NCBI RefSeq assembly: GCF_001194135.2
Contig: NC_068988.1
Location: 50,200,880-50,260,918 of the forward strand
Reading direction: 5' to 3'
Origin: Octopus bimaculoides
Taxonomy: Eukaryota
DNA: 60,039 nucleotides
This document shows, one piece after another, positions 35,708 to 49,495 of the stretch; within the stretch, counting starts at the first letter, position 1; the number at the start of each line of letters is the position of its first letter. The notes below the pieces were generated by a model. That model had not been told where the DNA came from, did not search any database, and saw nothing but the letters and a program-made list of their open reading frames with translations. The position numbers and the translations under genes are program-made.

Positions 35708-37214
35708 TAAATCCAAATTTTCAAAATAACTCAATATCTATATGCCACACTGTTTTCATTAACTTCTTCCTTATATGGAATTTTTTTCATCATATTCTCT
35801 GCCAATATCCACATAATGTATTGATGATATTAAACCACAAAAGTTATTCAGATCTTTGTAAAATTCTTTACTTGTTTACTAATTATATTCTAAGTAGTCT
35901 TTAATTAATTTCTTCTTTGAAAATTTCATAAACAAAACTAATAGCTTACTGCTTGAGTCAGCTTCATTAAACAAATATTTCAATTTTGCATTCCTTTCAT
36001 CAAGCAGTTTTCCTTGGAAGTGGACAATCCTGGTTTGTTGGCTATTTTGTTTTGTTTTGTTTCTTCACAGACACTTTTAATTATATATATCTGAACTTGA
36101 AACAGTGCTCAGTCTTGTCCTGGTTTGTTGCTAAAAATAAATACAATCTCAAAACTTTTCTCTATTTTGAACAAATTGTTTTAAAAAAGGTGCTGAAAAT
36201 CTTCAGTTTGTCTGAAAAATGCTAGTTTACTCAAAACTGTTGCATCTGAACTATTCAGAAGATATATCAAGTTGACTTTCTTAAAAAATTCAAATAAATA
36301 ATAAAATGAATAATAAAATAAATACATAAACAAATAACCATAGAACATCAAATAAAGCTTGACTCTTACATGTTTTGTTTTGCTGAAAAATATGTTGTTG
36401 TTTTTTTAAAAAAAAGTTTGTTAAATTTAGTAGCAAATCTCATCTAGGCATATGGCTGACTGTGAGAACATGCCATTGATAAACCCAACTATGCTGAAAT
36501 GCATTTGGTATTCTCGCTAGTTGCTATTGGGATGATTTTTGTTTCCCTCTGATATTTGTTATGTTTTCAAATGCAACACATCCATAAGGGATATTATCTT
36601 TCGATGAAAACAACAGTAAATTTGCCTTTCAATGATGTATTTACATTAGGTATGATACATAGAGAGCTATTTGAATCTAATACTGTTTCTGTTGCATATA
36701 ACAGATATAAACACACCCTTAAGTGTATCTATGCACATATTCTAAGTTTTCCAGGGAATTATGAAGTCAGATAGTCTTTATGCAGTTGACAACTTGTAGA
36801 ACCTCGTCTATAGTTGTATTGTTATTGTTTGGCATGATTTAATAGAGAACTGTACTATATGCATTCATTGCTTTGCTACAAGTTCTTGCATGATACTGTG
36901 AATGTTTGCTGTTGTCATTGTTCTTGAGATTATGAAGGAGAGCAAATGAATGATAGGTAGATAGGTATAGAGAGAGAGGAGGAGAGAGATAGAGATGAAT
37001 TATTCCAGTGAAATTTTCTGGTTTTCAGACTAGACATAGGACAATAAAGGTAGACATGGGAATCGTTGGTTTCCTTGCCCATTCATAGAGGATAGATTAA
37101 TATATAAACAGAAAGATAGAGAAGAGAGAGACATACACAGAGTAATTGATTGGTTAATATATAGATAGGTTAACAGACAGACAGATAGACATGCATACAT
37201 ACACATACATATAA

Positions 37215-37430
37215 CTGGCTCTCCGTCAGTTACAACGACAAGGGTTCCAGTTGATCTGATCAATGGAATAGCCTACTCATGAAATTAACATGCAAATGGC
37301 TGAGCACTCCACAAATACATGTACCCTTAACATAGTTCTCTGGGAGATTCAGCATGACACAGAGTGTGACAAGGCTGGCCCTTTGAAATACAGGTACTAC
37401 TCATTCATGTTTGCCAGTTGAGTGGATTGA
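37215..37430 (-). mobile_element. SINE tail C with part of the head-B block
   Basis: ctccgtcagttacaacgacaagggttccagttgatc...ctcattcatgtttgccagttgagtgga. Confidence 0.85.
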
Positions 37431-37596
37431 GTGGACATATAAACATACAAAAGTACATACATACATACATACATACATATATACATGCATACATATGCAT
37501 ATAAACAGACAGACTGACACAAATACAGACAGACAGACAAACATAAAAACAGACAGACAGACATAAAATAAAGCTGATGTCAACAGTGTAGCAGCA

Positions 37597-37870
37597 TAGG
37601 AGGATTACAGGAAAATATTTGATTCTGTTGGCCATTTGTGGATGCTAGAGTTCCTTTGGTTTGCTAAATTTCCAGATACTGTCAAGACCATTGACAACCT
37701 AGCTTCATATTGGATCACCATTTGAAATCAAATGCAGGAAATGGCTCAACTGTCACTGATACTATTGCAGAAGTATATTATATGAGGACAGTCTCTCTAT
37801 GGTATTATACTTATACTTTCTGTAAAATCTCTATCCTGTTTGGAAACCTGATGCGTATGTGATTAGCTTA
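37597..37870 (+). mobile_element. RLE-type (R4/Dong-like) non-LTR reverse-transcriptase remnant
   Basis: EDYRKIFDSVGHLWMLEFLWFAKFPDTVKTIDNLASYW (DY.KAFDSV.HSW box), then YEDSLSMVL / ILSVKSLSCL (QGDSLS...ILS.NPLS box). Confidence 0.72.
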
Positions 37871-38160
37871 CAATAAAACCAGGACCCCAACTCTGTCAGT
37901 TACACTGACATTCTTCCAGTTAATCCATTCAAAGGAACAGCCTTCTCATGAAATTAAGATGCAAGTGGCTGAGTGCTCCACAGACACACATCCTGAGCCA
38001 TAGACCCTAATTACTAAGCCACATACTTACTCTGCTTATATGTATATATATACACATATCATCTTCATCTATATAATTTTATGTCCATCTCCACCTTGGC
38101 TTGAGTTAAATGCGTGTGTGCGTGTATAAGTACATCTATATATGCACGTGTATATACATA

Positions 38161-38545
38161 TTATCATCATCGTCATTTAACGTCCGCTTTCCATGCTAGC
38201 ATGGGTTGGATTATTTGACTGGGGACTGGCGAACGAGATGGCTACACTAGACTCCAATCCGATCTGGCAAGGTTTTTACAACTGGATGCCCTTCCTAATG
38301 CCAACCACTCCGAGAGTGTAGTGGGTGCTTTTTAGATGCCACCGGCACGAGGGCCAGTCCAGCGGTACTAGCAATGGCCACGCTCAAATGGTGCTTTCTA
38401 TGTGCCACCAGCACGGAAGCGAGACTGCTACTCTGGCAGTGATTCCGCTCAGATGGTGCTGTTAGCACTCCACTGGCACGGGTGCCAGTCATCGAATTTG
38501 GTTCAGTTTCGATCTCACTTGCCCCAACAGGTCTTTGCAAGGTGA
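38161..38545 (-). mobile_element. RTE-type LINE 3' UTR
   Basis: tcatcatcgtcatttaacgtccgctttccatgctagcatgggttgg...ggatgcccttcctaatgccaaccac. Confidence 0.8.
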
Positions 38546-38587
38546 GTTTAGTGTCCAATATATATTATATATATATTATATATATAT

Positions 38588-38655
<68 letters not shown>

Positions 38656-39187
38656 CATACATTTATGTATACATTAGAATATATATGAAATACACACACA
38701 CATATATATAATATACAATATATGTATGTATGTATATACATACATTCATACCCACACACACACACACACAAACACACATTGTTTAAACAGATATAAGTAT
38801 AACAAAACTCGATGGGGTAGGAAAAGAATGTTAGGCCAGATACTTCCTCCTTTTTTTAACAAAGACTGAGTGAGACCTTATTAGAGGTAATTAATACTCG
38901 GTTTCTTGTTCCTGACACAGGGATATAAATAGGTATTCAGAAGCCAAAGAAAGCAACAAGGAAGGGTTATTCCAAATACTTCTGTTATGTTTAGATCAGG
39001 CAAGTGTCTCTGGTTGGAGTTGAAGAACTGGCTTCATTTGTCACCATTTCTTCCACCATCATCTCCTCTGTCTCTTTTTTCTGCTACTTAGCACATTCTT
39101 TATCAATATTATTATTGGTTTCATATTTGTTTTTCTGTGTGTGCTTCAGTTACTTAGGTAAATATACACCCAAATGTCTGCGTGTGG

Positions 39188-39228
<41 letters not shown>

Positions 39229-39277
39229 TATGTGTGTACATGGCTGTGCATTCATTCATATATACACATACATATGA

Positions 39278-39317
<40 letters not shown>

Positions 39318-39981
39318 TTCTTTAGACAAAATCCATATATGCCACATCCATACACACTTATACTGGTAACTATATCCACACAAATACATACACACAAACA
39401 CACACACACATACACACACACACACATATACACACACATAAGTATATATATATATATTGTACCTATAAAACACCAAACAGCTTTATAAATCTAGGTATGT
39501 ATGTGAGGGTGTGTACATATATATGTGTGCACATATGTGTGTGTATGTGGGGGCGGGGGTATTTGCAAATATACATTTATGTACATATGCACAATATATA
39601 TGGGTATACACATATAGAATAAGTGGCTATATGTATACATCATGTGCTATCATTAATTTTAAGTATATGAAGGAGCACACATATTTCTGCATATACTTAA
39701 AACTAACAATGCAGGATTATTTTTGTAAGTGTATTTGAAACCTGTACTGGATATTCTACTCAGTGGCCCTAAATATTTGTCTGAATAAGGATCAGCTTAA
39801 GACTAGCAACATTGTTTTCCCAAGTCTGAAAGTAACACTCTTTGTCTTTCTCTCCTCCCTCTTTGAAAATATTCAGTTTGAGAGCCTATAAAGCTGGTTT
39901 AGTTACACATAGCATTTACTGCCCTTATTGCATTTCAAGAATCAATATCCTACATGGTTTTCTTTAAAAATATGTTTTGCT

Positions 39982-40122
39982 AAGAAGCTTGCTTTTTGAC
40001 CATGTGGTCTTGGATTCAGTCCCACTTCATAGCACTTTAGGCAAGTATCAGATACTATTGCCCTGGGCCAACCAAAGCCTTGTGAGTAGATTTGGTTGAC
40101 AGAAACTGATAGAAGCCCATCA
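39982..40122 (+). mobile_element. Family D SINE 5' part
   Basis: aagaagcttgct...ggattcagtcccac...caaagccttgtgagtagatttgg. Confidence 0.8.
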
Positions 40123-40429
40123 TAAATGTGTGTGTGTGTCTATGTGTGTGTGCATATGTATGTACATATATATTATATGTGTGTGTGTGTGTGTGTGTAT
40201 ATATATTTATGTGTGTGTATATATATGCATATTAATATTATTATTATTATTATTTAAAATAGTTTGATTCAGCCCCATGCAACTTAAAGTTTCTGTAAGA
40301 AGCTTAAGAAACTTTAAGTAGAATGGCGTCCAGATCAAATTGTTTTAAATAACATATGTAACTCCTACCAAATATGCTGAGTGACTCTTTCTTTCATTTG
40401 TCCACTCACCCATGTTTAAAGAGTAAAGG

Positions 40430-40770
40430 ATAAAGACCCACTTCAGTATTGAAATGACCATGCGATTGCACCTAGAACGTTCCCCTCTGAGGCACAAGTC
40501 TGGACAAGGTTGTTTATGGAAGACCAGTAGTAGTCCATGCATACTAACCTCCTCTCTCCATGCCACTGATGTTATCCAACGAAAAGGCGAAGGCCAATAC
40601 AGCTTGGCACCAGTGACATCACAAGTCATTTCTACAGCTGAGTGAACTGGAGCAATGTGAAATAAAGCGTTTTGCTCAAGAACACAACACATAGCCCAGT
40701 CCAGGAATCGAACGCCCTATCTCATGATTGTGAGCCTGACACTCTAACCACTTAGCCATGTGCCTTCATA
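40430..40770 (-). mobile_element. SINE head B + tail F
   Basis: Colinear with 50340-50682. Confidence 0.85.
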
Positions 40771-41371
40771 CTCACCCATATGTATATATCTAACAATCAG
40801 CAATACTAGATTACAAAGACTCACACATCTCAAATCATACTGTATCCCTTATGAATGAAAAATACTCAGTCAAAACTATTCTGAATTAAAGCGTATCATG
40901 TAGCCAAGGGTTGTATGCTGCAAAGATTGAATTCAGCTTCCCAGAAATATTATATATTTCAGTCTCTAACGAACACAACCCCACACCTAGGACAGAGTAC
41001 CCATCATATATACATTCTAGGTTGATCATTCTCCACCCATTACTTTGCAAGAACAGAAAACAAATCATTACCATATCAGTCTCGTCAAGCTGTCACTGAT
41101 TTAGCCAAAGATTAACCCGAATGAACTATGGGTGCTGTCCCTCCTTTTTTTAAATAATAAGAAGGGGGGGAAAGATGACAAATATAAATATAGAATGACA
41201 GATGAGTATTGGGTGATAGATAGACAGACCAATTAATAGCTAACCAGACGTTAGTACACCCCCCACACACATAGACTCATGCATACATAAATGCATTCAT
41301 ACATACAAACATACACATTATATTTATATGTCATGTATATGTCAGAATGTATATGTGTGCGTGTGTGTGTG

Positions 41372-41411
<40 letters not shown>

Positions 41412-41540
41412 TATATGTATATATATATACACACACACTCATACATGCTAACATGTACATACTCATACATGTACATATATCCATATGCATCCGTGTTTGA
41501 CAACCTATATATATGTATGTATATATATATATATATATAT

Positions 41541-41571
<31 letters not shown>

Positions 41572-42423
41572 TGTATATATAGCTAGTCTAACAAGGATGC
41601 TAGAAGTCAGTGTAATAGATCTCTACTTTACCCAAATACAGCAACAGGGAGGCCTGAACATTAGAAACCAAAGCATAAAATAAATACTAAGCAGAACTCA
41701 TAAACAAAAGAGGGTAATACGAGACATCATCAATAATTATGCAAACCAGCGAAAGAAAGGGTGTTTAATTATATAACGGATCATATATCCAAGACAACCG
41801 CTATCCAGTTATGTAAATGAAGACATTCAAAACATGAAAAGAACCATTTCCTCAAAGGTTAACCTTCTTTTGATTATTTATAAGAGCTTCCTCCACCATT
41901 TCTCAATGCCATTTTACTTTGCTGTTTTATTGCATCAATTTTTTTAAATATTTTTTTTAATATTTTTGTTGTATTCTTTTTTGTTTTTTAGCCAACGCCT
42001 TCAGCTTCCTTCACATTTTATTCAGATTCTGCAAAACCCAAAACATCTGTTTCAGTAGAAGTTCATCATTTTAATACATTAACATTAAACCCCTTATTTC
42101 TATTAGCAAATATATCTATCAAACGGGGAAACGGAAGTTTCATTGTTTTCACTATTGTTGTTGTTGTCATTATTGTTATTGTTCTTACCTCAGAATACAA
42201 GTAAACTTTCAATCAACTGAATTCATCTATTTAAATTTTTTTTTTTTTTAATTATGAGCCCAGGACTCATATAAAACCAGTTACCTGGTTTTCATGGCAT
42301 TATAAGTCATCAGAACACAGCATTCTCCCTGAACAAGATGCCAACCCATTGCAGGGTTCAGCACCACCATTTCTGAGGGAGAAGGTGCAAACCAATTAAA
42401 TTAACCCCACCACTTGACGGGGT

Positions 42424-42600
42424 GGAGGTACGTGGCATAGTGGTTAGGTTATTGGACTCATGATTGTAAGATTGTGGTTTCAATTCTGGAACTGGGCATC
42501 ACGTTGTGTTCTTGAGCAAAGCACTTCATTTCATGTTGCTCCAGTCCACTCAGCTGGCAAAAATGAGTAATCCTGTAACAGGCCAGCATCCCATCCATGG
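42424..42600 (+). mobile_element. SINE head B + Meta-like tail
   Basis: tggcatagtggttagg...tgtgttcttgagcaaagcac...gagtaatcctgtaacaggccagcatcccatcca. Confidence 0.75.
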
Positions 42601-43807
42601 TAACCAGGAAGGAAACTTTACCTTTATTTTACTTCACCTTTACCACTTTACATGTACTTTATTTTATCAAACCCTGAAGAGATGAAAAGCAATGTTTACT
42701 TCAGTGGGATTTGAACTCAGAATGTAAAGAGTCAGAAGTGCCACTAAACATTCTGTCCAACAAGCTTATGATTCTGCCAGCTCACCTCCTTAAATCCATC
42801 TTTAAATGGATTCAGTTCTCAATATGGAGCCATCCACTTTATGAGCTTTTAAAATTCCTATGAATCAGTCATTTTTCACCCCAATTAATTTCTTACTTGT
42901 AAATTTGCAGAAAAAACAAAAAAAAACAAAAAAAAAACAGCATTCTGTTGTGAAGTGGAAGTTGTAATTTTCTTGTAAATCAAGTTTGTAATCTAGTTTC
43001 AATTCCTTGTTGGTGTGTATACCATATTTATTTATGCTTAACATACACACACACACATTATAAGCAATCTTAATAGAGTGCATAACAAGTAACCTTAAAT
43101 ATAGGTAATGAAATCCTGGAAAAATATCTTTTAAGTATAACATGCATGGACTTTTCTTTAATGTTTATGACTCATGGAAAAGGAAAGAGTTAGTCAGATT
43201 TATTATAACAGCTTTTTAAACTACACTGAGAAAGTCGATGCATCTTAAATGAAACAAAAAGCAAATTCAAAAGTGATGTTAAAAACTTTACAGTACAGAC
43301 CCCAAATGTTGATTCAAAGTCAACATAGAGGAAGCTACATGGTCAACACTGTTGATATATGTATTCAATCATGTCCATTGCTAAGGGGTGTGAGGCACTG
43401 GACAACACTGCAACTTCACTATTCAATGGTGCACCCTCAGATTTAGCAAATACAGTTTACAAAAATCTTCTTGCAATTCATTCCTTGAAGTCTGACAAAT
43501 TTGCCCATGGCTAAGGGGGAGCACTGGATGGCACTTCCCCCTCACTATTCAACTTATCACAAGAAATTAGTGTTAGTATAGCAGCAGGGTAGTGGATTGA
43601 CAAATCAGTAAAGAGAAAAAAAAATGCCTCATAGTAATTGTTTCCGCTCTTTACATTCTGAGTTCAAATCTCACAGATATCATCTTTGCATTTCATTCTC
43701 CCAAGATCAATAAAGTAAAGTACCAGTCAAAATTGCTGCTTTGTGCCTAACTGGTTTCATATAAGATTTCCACTGAAACACTAGTCATACCATTACATCA
43801 TTCAGCC

Positions 43808-43958
43808 CACTAGTGTAGCTAGGGGGTGGGGCGGTTGGGGCGGTCTACCCTGGATGACACTTTTAGGTCTGCTGTTGCCAATATGTGTTTTTTGTGCAGC
43901 CCGGGGGCAACAAACGGAAGGGCCACCATGGGCAGCACACACTCTAGCTATGCTAGTG
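43808..43958. mobile_element. hAT-type MITE, same family as 9564-9723
   Basis: 15-bp TIRs cactagtgtagctag / ctagctatgctagtg, with 8-bp TSD attcagcc / cttcagcc (7/8). Confidence 0.88.
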
Positions 43959-44429
43959 CTTCAGCCATAGAGGCCAAAACTTGTTATAATTTGGTTCATT
44001 TTCTTTGGGTTTTTATTTTTAGTTTTTACTGGTTTTATAGAGCTGTTTTTATTGTTACTTTTATAAGTTTGGTAAATTTTGTAATTGATTTGAAAAGATA
44101 ATTTGTAGAATATTTTTATTTTGAAGTTTGTGACCCTTCCTGCCTTCCCATTTCCCCTCTTTCTCTTGCCTTCCCCCATACACTTATGCAAACTCCCATC
44201 CATTCACACTCCTGGTTTCTCTGTTCCTACTCATTTCTACTCACCTCGTGCCTTGTAGTGCCACCTGGACTCTTCATCACCACTTACTCTTCACAGCTGC
44301 TACTGGCTCATTTCTCACTTATCCTAAATGTGAGTAGCCATGTAGATCCTCAGCATCAACAACTTGTTCTGCCCCATCCACTTCTCTCGTATCTTAACCA
44401 TCACCTGCTAATATAAAACCCCACCTATT

Positions 44430-44655
44430 GAGTTTCATAGGCTAGCAAACTGCATGGTTACTTCACTAGTACTGATAGTATGAGAAAAGCACCTATGCAC
44501 ACTGTGAAGTGGTTGGCATTAGGAAAGGTGTCCAGCTGTAGAAACCATGCCAAGCAGACACTGGAACACAATACAGTCCTTGAACCCATTAGATCTTGTC
44601 AAACTGTCCAACCCATGCCAGCATGAAAGATGGACGTTAAATGGTGATGATGACG
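44430..44655 (+). mobile_element. RTE-type tail repeat
   Basis: gtggttggcattaggaaaggtgtccagctgtagaaaccatgcc...atggacgttaaatggtgatgatg. Confidence 0.75.
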
Positions 44656-45227
44656 TATTTTATGTGAACTCTTGTTAAGCTTATCGTGTTTTTGTCTGTG
44701 ATTCTTTATGAAACCCAGTGTAGCAATTATCAATAGCGTTTTCAAGACTTTCATACCTTGCATCTTATTTATTTCAATCTCAAAATTTTTTTTCTACTTC
44801 ATAATGAAAGTACTTTCTGTTCAGAGGAATCAAGATTTCTATTGGTATCCAAAACTCTGCTTCTCTGTGTTTGATAAAAACATCAGGATAATCTTCCTTC
44901 ACATAATTGTCAATTTATATAAGTCTTTATGCAGTTCAACCATTGCCAGATACAAATTGTGGACTACCTTCTCATTTCTCATTCTGTTTGATATATTGCC
45001 AAATTAATATAATCCCACTCAGAGACATATCTGTGAATACATTCCATTTATGGTTACAGTTGAATAACAGAGATGATAGAGCAGATGTAGTTTATATCTA
45101 AGTCCTGAGACTCAATAAAATAAGTATCAGTTATTCACTTGAGTCGATTCAATTAACAAACCCTTTCACCTACAAATATATCACTGTGTGCAGATGTTAG
45201 GAAACATTATTATTATTATTATTATTG

Positions 45228-45445
45228 GTGATCTGGTGGAATCATTAGCCTGTTGGACAAAATGCTGAGCAGCATTTCTTCTGACTCTTTACATTCTGGG
45301 TTTAAATTCCACTTAGATTGATTTCGCCTTTCCTCCTTTCAGGGTCAATGAAACAAAGTACCTGTCAGATACTGGGGTCAATGTAATCATCCTACCCCAC
45401 TTTCTTCAAAATTACTGGCCTTCTGGCAAAAAAAAAATGAATTAG
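45228..45445 (+). mobile_element. Family E SINE, decayed
   Basis: ttagcctgttggacaaaatgc...ttcgcctttcctcctttcagggtcaatgaaacaaagtacc. Confidence 0.75.
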
Positions 45446-45672
45446 AAAGAATTATTATTTGTGTTGTGTTAGTATTTCATCCTCTTATCGTAAATATCTT
45501 GGGCCCTAATGGCCAATAAAAGAAATCATCATCACCACCATCATTATGATTTTATTGTTAAGATGGTGGGTCCTCTTTTCTCTACCTTACTAGACTGAAA
45601 TCTTTGGCTCATCATCAAAAAGTATCATTATCATGTCTTTTCTATAAGTACTTTCATGGTCATGGCTGTGAT

Positions 45673-46061
45673 CAATTTTTGTTGTTGGCACTCCGTCGCT
45701 TACGACGTCGAGGGTTCCAGTTGATCCAATCAACGGAACAGCCTGCTCATAAAATTAACATGCAAGTGGCTGAGCACTCCACAGACACGTGTACCCTTAA
45801 CATAGTTCTCAGGGATATTCAGCGTGACACAGTGTGACAAGGCTGACCCTTTGAATTACAGGCACAACAGAAATGGGAAGAAAGAGTGAGAGAAAGTTGT
45901 GGTGAAAGAGTACAGCAGGGTTCACCACCATCCCCTGCCAGAGCCTCGTGGAGCTTTAGGTGTTTTCGCTCAATAAACACTCACAATGCTTGGTCTGGGA
46001 ATCAAAACCGCGATCCTATGACCGTGAGTCCACTGCCCTAACCACTGGACCATTGCACCTC
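45673..46061 (-). mobile_element. SINE head A + tail C, full length
   Basis: 7-bp TSD ctgtgat at 45666-45672 and 46062-46068. Confidence 0.92.
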
Positions 46062-46096
46062 CTGTGATGAATTCTCTGGTCTAATACCCTCTATCA

Positions 46097-46447
46097 CAGT
46101 AGTTCTCAACTGGAGTCCATATGGTCCTTGATGTTCCATATAAGATTTTTGGGTGGGATCCATGCAACAAATTAGTAAATTGAGATCCACAATAGTATCT
46201 TAATGGCCGCTAAAAAATTTTGCTTTACATGTATGTATTGGTGTGTATTGCAAGAAACAGCTAGGTTTCTTTCTCCAACATTTTACATAGTTCAACTTAC
46301 AAAAGTTAAAGTGCGAAAAACAAAATAGGAATTTCGTAAGAAGTTTCTATAAAACTAGATTTTAAATATTGAATGGCTTTGAGGGTCAACAAGAATCAAA
46401 TAGGAACCAAAGGAGCCCATAGATAAAAAAATTGTTGAGAACCCCTG
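46097..46447. mobile_element. hAT-Charlie-type MITE
   Basis: TIRs cagtagttctcaac / gttgagaacccctg, with 8-bp TSD ctctatca / ctttatca (7/8). Confidence 0.88.
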
Positions 46448-47149
46448 CTTTATCAAGACCTTTAAGCATGTCACTGGCTTCTCCTTCCTGGCATGTCATT
46501 TCCCTATTGAATTTCCTATTAGTCATAAGTCCTTTCATTCTAATTACTTCTTTCCTTGAACTGCTGCTTTCTGGAACTCATTACCATCATCTGGTTTTCC
46601 TCTAAACTATGCATTACAGTCCTATAAGCTTTCTGTCAATAGGACATCTTTTGAATTTGAATGCCCCTTTCTTTTCCTTCTTTATGGTCCCTTACATTAC
46701 ATTGGCCTCAAGCCTTGTTTGGAAAAAAAAAATCACATAAAAATATTATTAGACAGGCTATTTATCCCTTTCATATTTTTATTGAGTTGTACAGGATAGA
46801 AGGGAGTATCTGAACTGCAGATTTGGAAAGTTTATTATCATCATCATCAAAGTGAACAACAATCACAGCAGCAACAACAAGCAGCTAGTCATCAACCTAG
46901 TTAGCTAGCAATCTACAAAATACATTAGGTAAAAAAAATAAATAATTCTACAATGGGACTAGGGTGGGTGTGTTCCAACCAGTCCAGCCATCATTAGTTT
47001 CCTTCTCAGACTCTATGTTTTCGTCTTATGCTATTTATTAATCTACCTTCTTAAGCAGATCCTACCGAGAAGCTACCCCTTACCTCAGATATACATAAGT
47101 AGCCTCTGGGAAAACCATCATTGTCACTGGTATATTCTCCCAACCTTCC

Positions 47150-47890
47150 CGCCCTCCAACTCTCACCTCTACCACCACCACCACCACCTCACACCTACTT
47201 AAGCAGACTACCCATCCTCTTCCACCACCACCATCATCACCACCACCACCAGCACTACCATCATCACTATCTCACCTCCCATAACTACCAATTCATCCAC
47301 CACCACCACCACCACCACCATCACTTCACCGCCACTACCACCACCATCACTTCACCGCCACCACCACCACCATCACTTCACTGCCAATACCACCACCACC
47401 ACCACCGCCGCCACATTTGTTCTGAAACATTATTATGACATAAACATCTGACATTATCCTCATGGCTCACAAATTTCAGGACACAGAGATCACTGCCAAA
47501 TAAATCTCACTCATCAGGCCATCCTCACTCTCCTCCTGCTGCTTCTACTGCTTCTACTACTACTACTACTACTACTACTACTGCCAACACTACTTTTACA
47601 GTAACTTCCATAATCACTCTCACTCCCACTGCTACTTTTGCTATCACAATCACCACTACTATGACAACTACTGCTGACTACTTTTATTACCATCACTACA
47701 ACTACTTTTACTACCATCATTACTACAGCTATTCCGGTACGTTTACTACTACTACTATCACCACCACCACCGACACTGCTATGAGTTCTTTTTATATCAT
47801 TATCACCACTAGATGCTGTTGTCAACACTCTATTTTGACAACCATCAGTGACACCACCACTACTACTGCTGTTACCAACACCACCACCAT

Positions 47891-47936
<46 letters not shown>

Positions 47937-48135
47937 GCTGCTGCTGCTGTTGGTACGGTTGCTGTTGCTGCTGCTACCACTACTACTACTACCACCACCA
48001 CCACCACCACCATCATCACCACCACCACCATCATCACCATCACCACCACCATCAGCAGCACCACCATCATCACTACCACCACCCTTATCATCACTACTGC
48101 CACTGCCACTACCGCTACTACTATGACTACTACAG
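47150..48135. repeat. ~1-kb G-poor trinucleotide mosaic (CAC/CAT/TAC/TGC)n
   Basis: Direct reading. All frames give homopolymeric peptides. Confidence 0.9.
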
Positions 48136-48351
48136 GACAAGTAGCAATCTTCCTACCCAATTACTGAAAGAAAAGGGTGAGGGTTTAGGAGGAGGTAGTG
48201 AGAAAGATGTGAGTTGATGTTGTAGTGATAACAGAAAGTTACCTTGCTCCATGGGAGGGAAGGACAATTGAGGGTGGGTGACTTAATTTTGTATTTATAT
48301 TTTTATCCTCTTTGTAAGGCCACTACATACATACATACATACATACATATA

Positions 48352-48513
48352 TGGAGTGGCTGTGTTGTAAGTAGCTTGCTTACCAACCACATAGTTCCGT
48401 GTTCAGTGCCACTGCGTGGCACCTTGGGCAAGTGTCTTCTACTATAGCCTTGGGCCGACCAAAGCTTTGTGAGTGGATTTGGTAGACGGAAACTGAAAGA
48501 AACCCGTCGTGTG

Positions 48514-48588
<75 letters not shown>

Positions 48589-48795
48589 TTGTGTGTCTGT
48601 GTTTGTCCCCCCCCCCCAACATCGCTTGACAACCGATGCTGGTGTGTTTACGTCCCCGTAACTTAGCGGTTCGGTAAAAGAGACTGATAGAATAAGTACT
48701 AGGCTTCTAAAGAATAAGTCCTGGGGTCGATTTGCTCGACTAAAGGCGGTGCTCCAGCATGGCCGCAGTCAAATGACTGAAACAAGTAAAAGAAT
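48352..48795 (+). mobile_element. Family D SINE, full length, with expanded internal (TA)n
   Basis: Near-consensus head and tail with CpGs intact. Confidence 0.93.
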
Positions 48796-48850
48796 AAAGT
48801 GTAAAGAGTATATATATATATATGTGTATATATATGTATGTATATACACA

Positions 48851-49042
48851 CAAGGGGGTACTGAAAAGTTCTTGGCTTTAAAGTCCTGATTGGAAGCCCA
48901 ACCTTCTGACTTTTTTTTACAGGGCTTAGGAAAATTTAAGGACTGCTGCAGCAAGAGGGAAATATGTTGAATAAAATCATAATTAAATGGTCATTCTGAA
49001 TTTTCTTTTACCCAAAGCCAAGAACTTTTCAGCACCCACTCA
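48851..49042 (+). mobile_element. 192-bp mariner deletion derivative
   Basis: 29-bp TIRs matching 25/29 (caagggggtactgaaaagttcttggcttt), TA on the right flank, and internal RGKYVE* resembling a mariner C-terminus. Confidence 0.85.
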
Positions 49043-49069
49043 TATATTTATATATAAATATATATATAT

Positions 49070-49241
49070 ATCACATGTGTGGCTGTGTGGTAAGAAGTTT
49101 GCTTCCCAACCACATAGTTCTGGGTTCAGTCCCACTGCATGGTACCTTGGGCAAGTGTCTTCTACCATAGCCTCAGGCTGACCAAAGCCTTGTGAGTGGA
49201 TTTGGTAGACAGAAACTGAAAGAAGCCTGTCGTATATGTAC

Positions 49242-49275
<34 letters not shown>

Positions 49276-49495
49276 ATATTTGTGTGTGTGTCTGTGTTTG
49301 TCCCCCTGCCTCCATTGCTTGACAACCGATGTTGATGTGTTTACATCCTTGTAACTTAGCAGTTTGGCAAAAGAGACTGACAGAATAAGTACTAGGCTTA
49401 CAAAGAAAAAATCCTGAGGTCAATTTGTTCGACTAAAAGCAGTGCTCCAGCATGGCTGCAGTGAAATGAATGAAACAAGTAAAAGAATAAAAGAA
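49070..49495 (+). mobile_element. Family D SINE, CpG-decayed
   Basis: Colinear with 48352-48795. Confidence 0.9.

Larger units (their letters stand above)
45558..46660 (+). mobile_element. CR1-clade LINE 3' relic split by a SINE and a hAT MITE
   Basis: After removing both insertions it reads in frame: SLAHHQKVSLSCLFYKYFHGHGCD|EFSGLIPSI|KTFKHVTGFSFLACHFPIEFPISHKSFHSNYFFP*TAAFWNSLPSSGFPLNYALQSYKLSVNR. Confidence 0.85.

Noticed and set aside
47661-48167. Thr-rich mucin-like CDS
   Set aside because: It is a trinucleotide mosaic with no unique domain or splice support.
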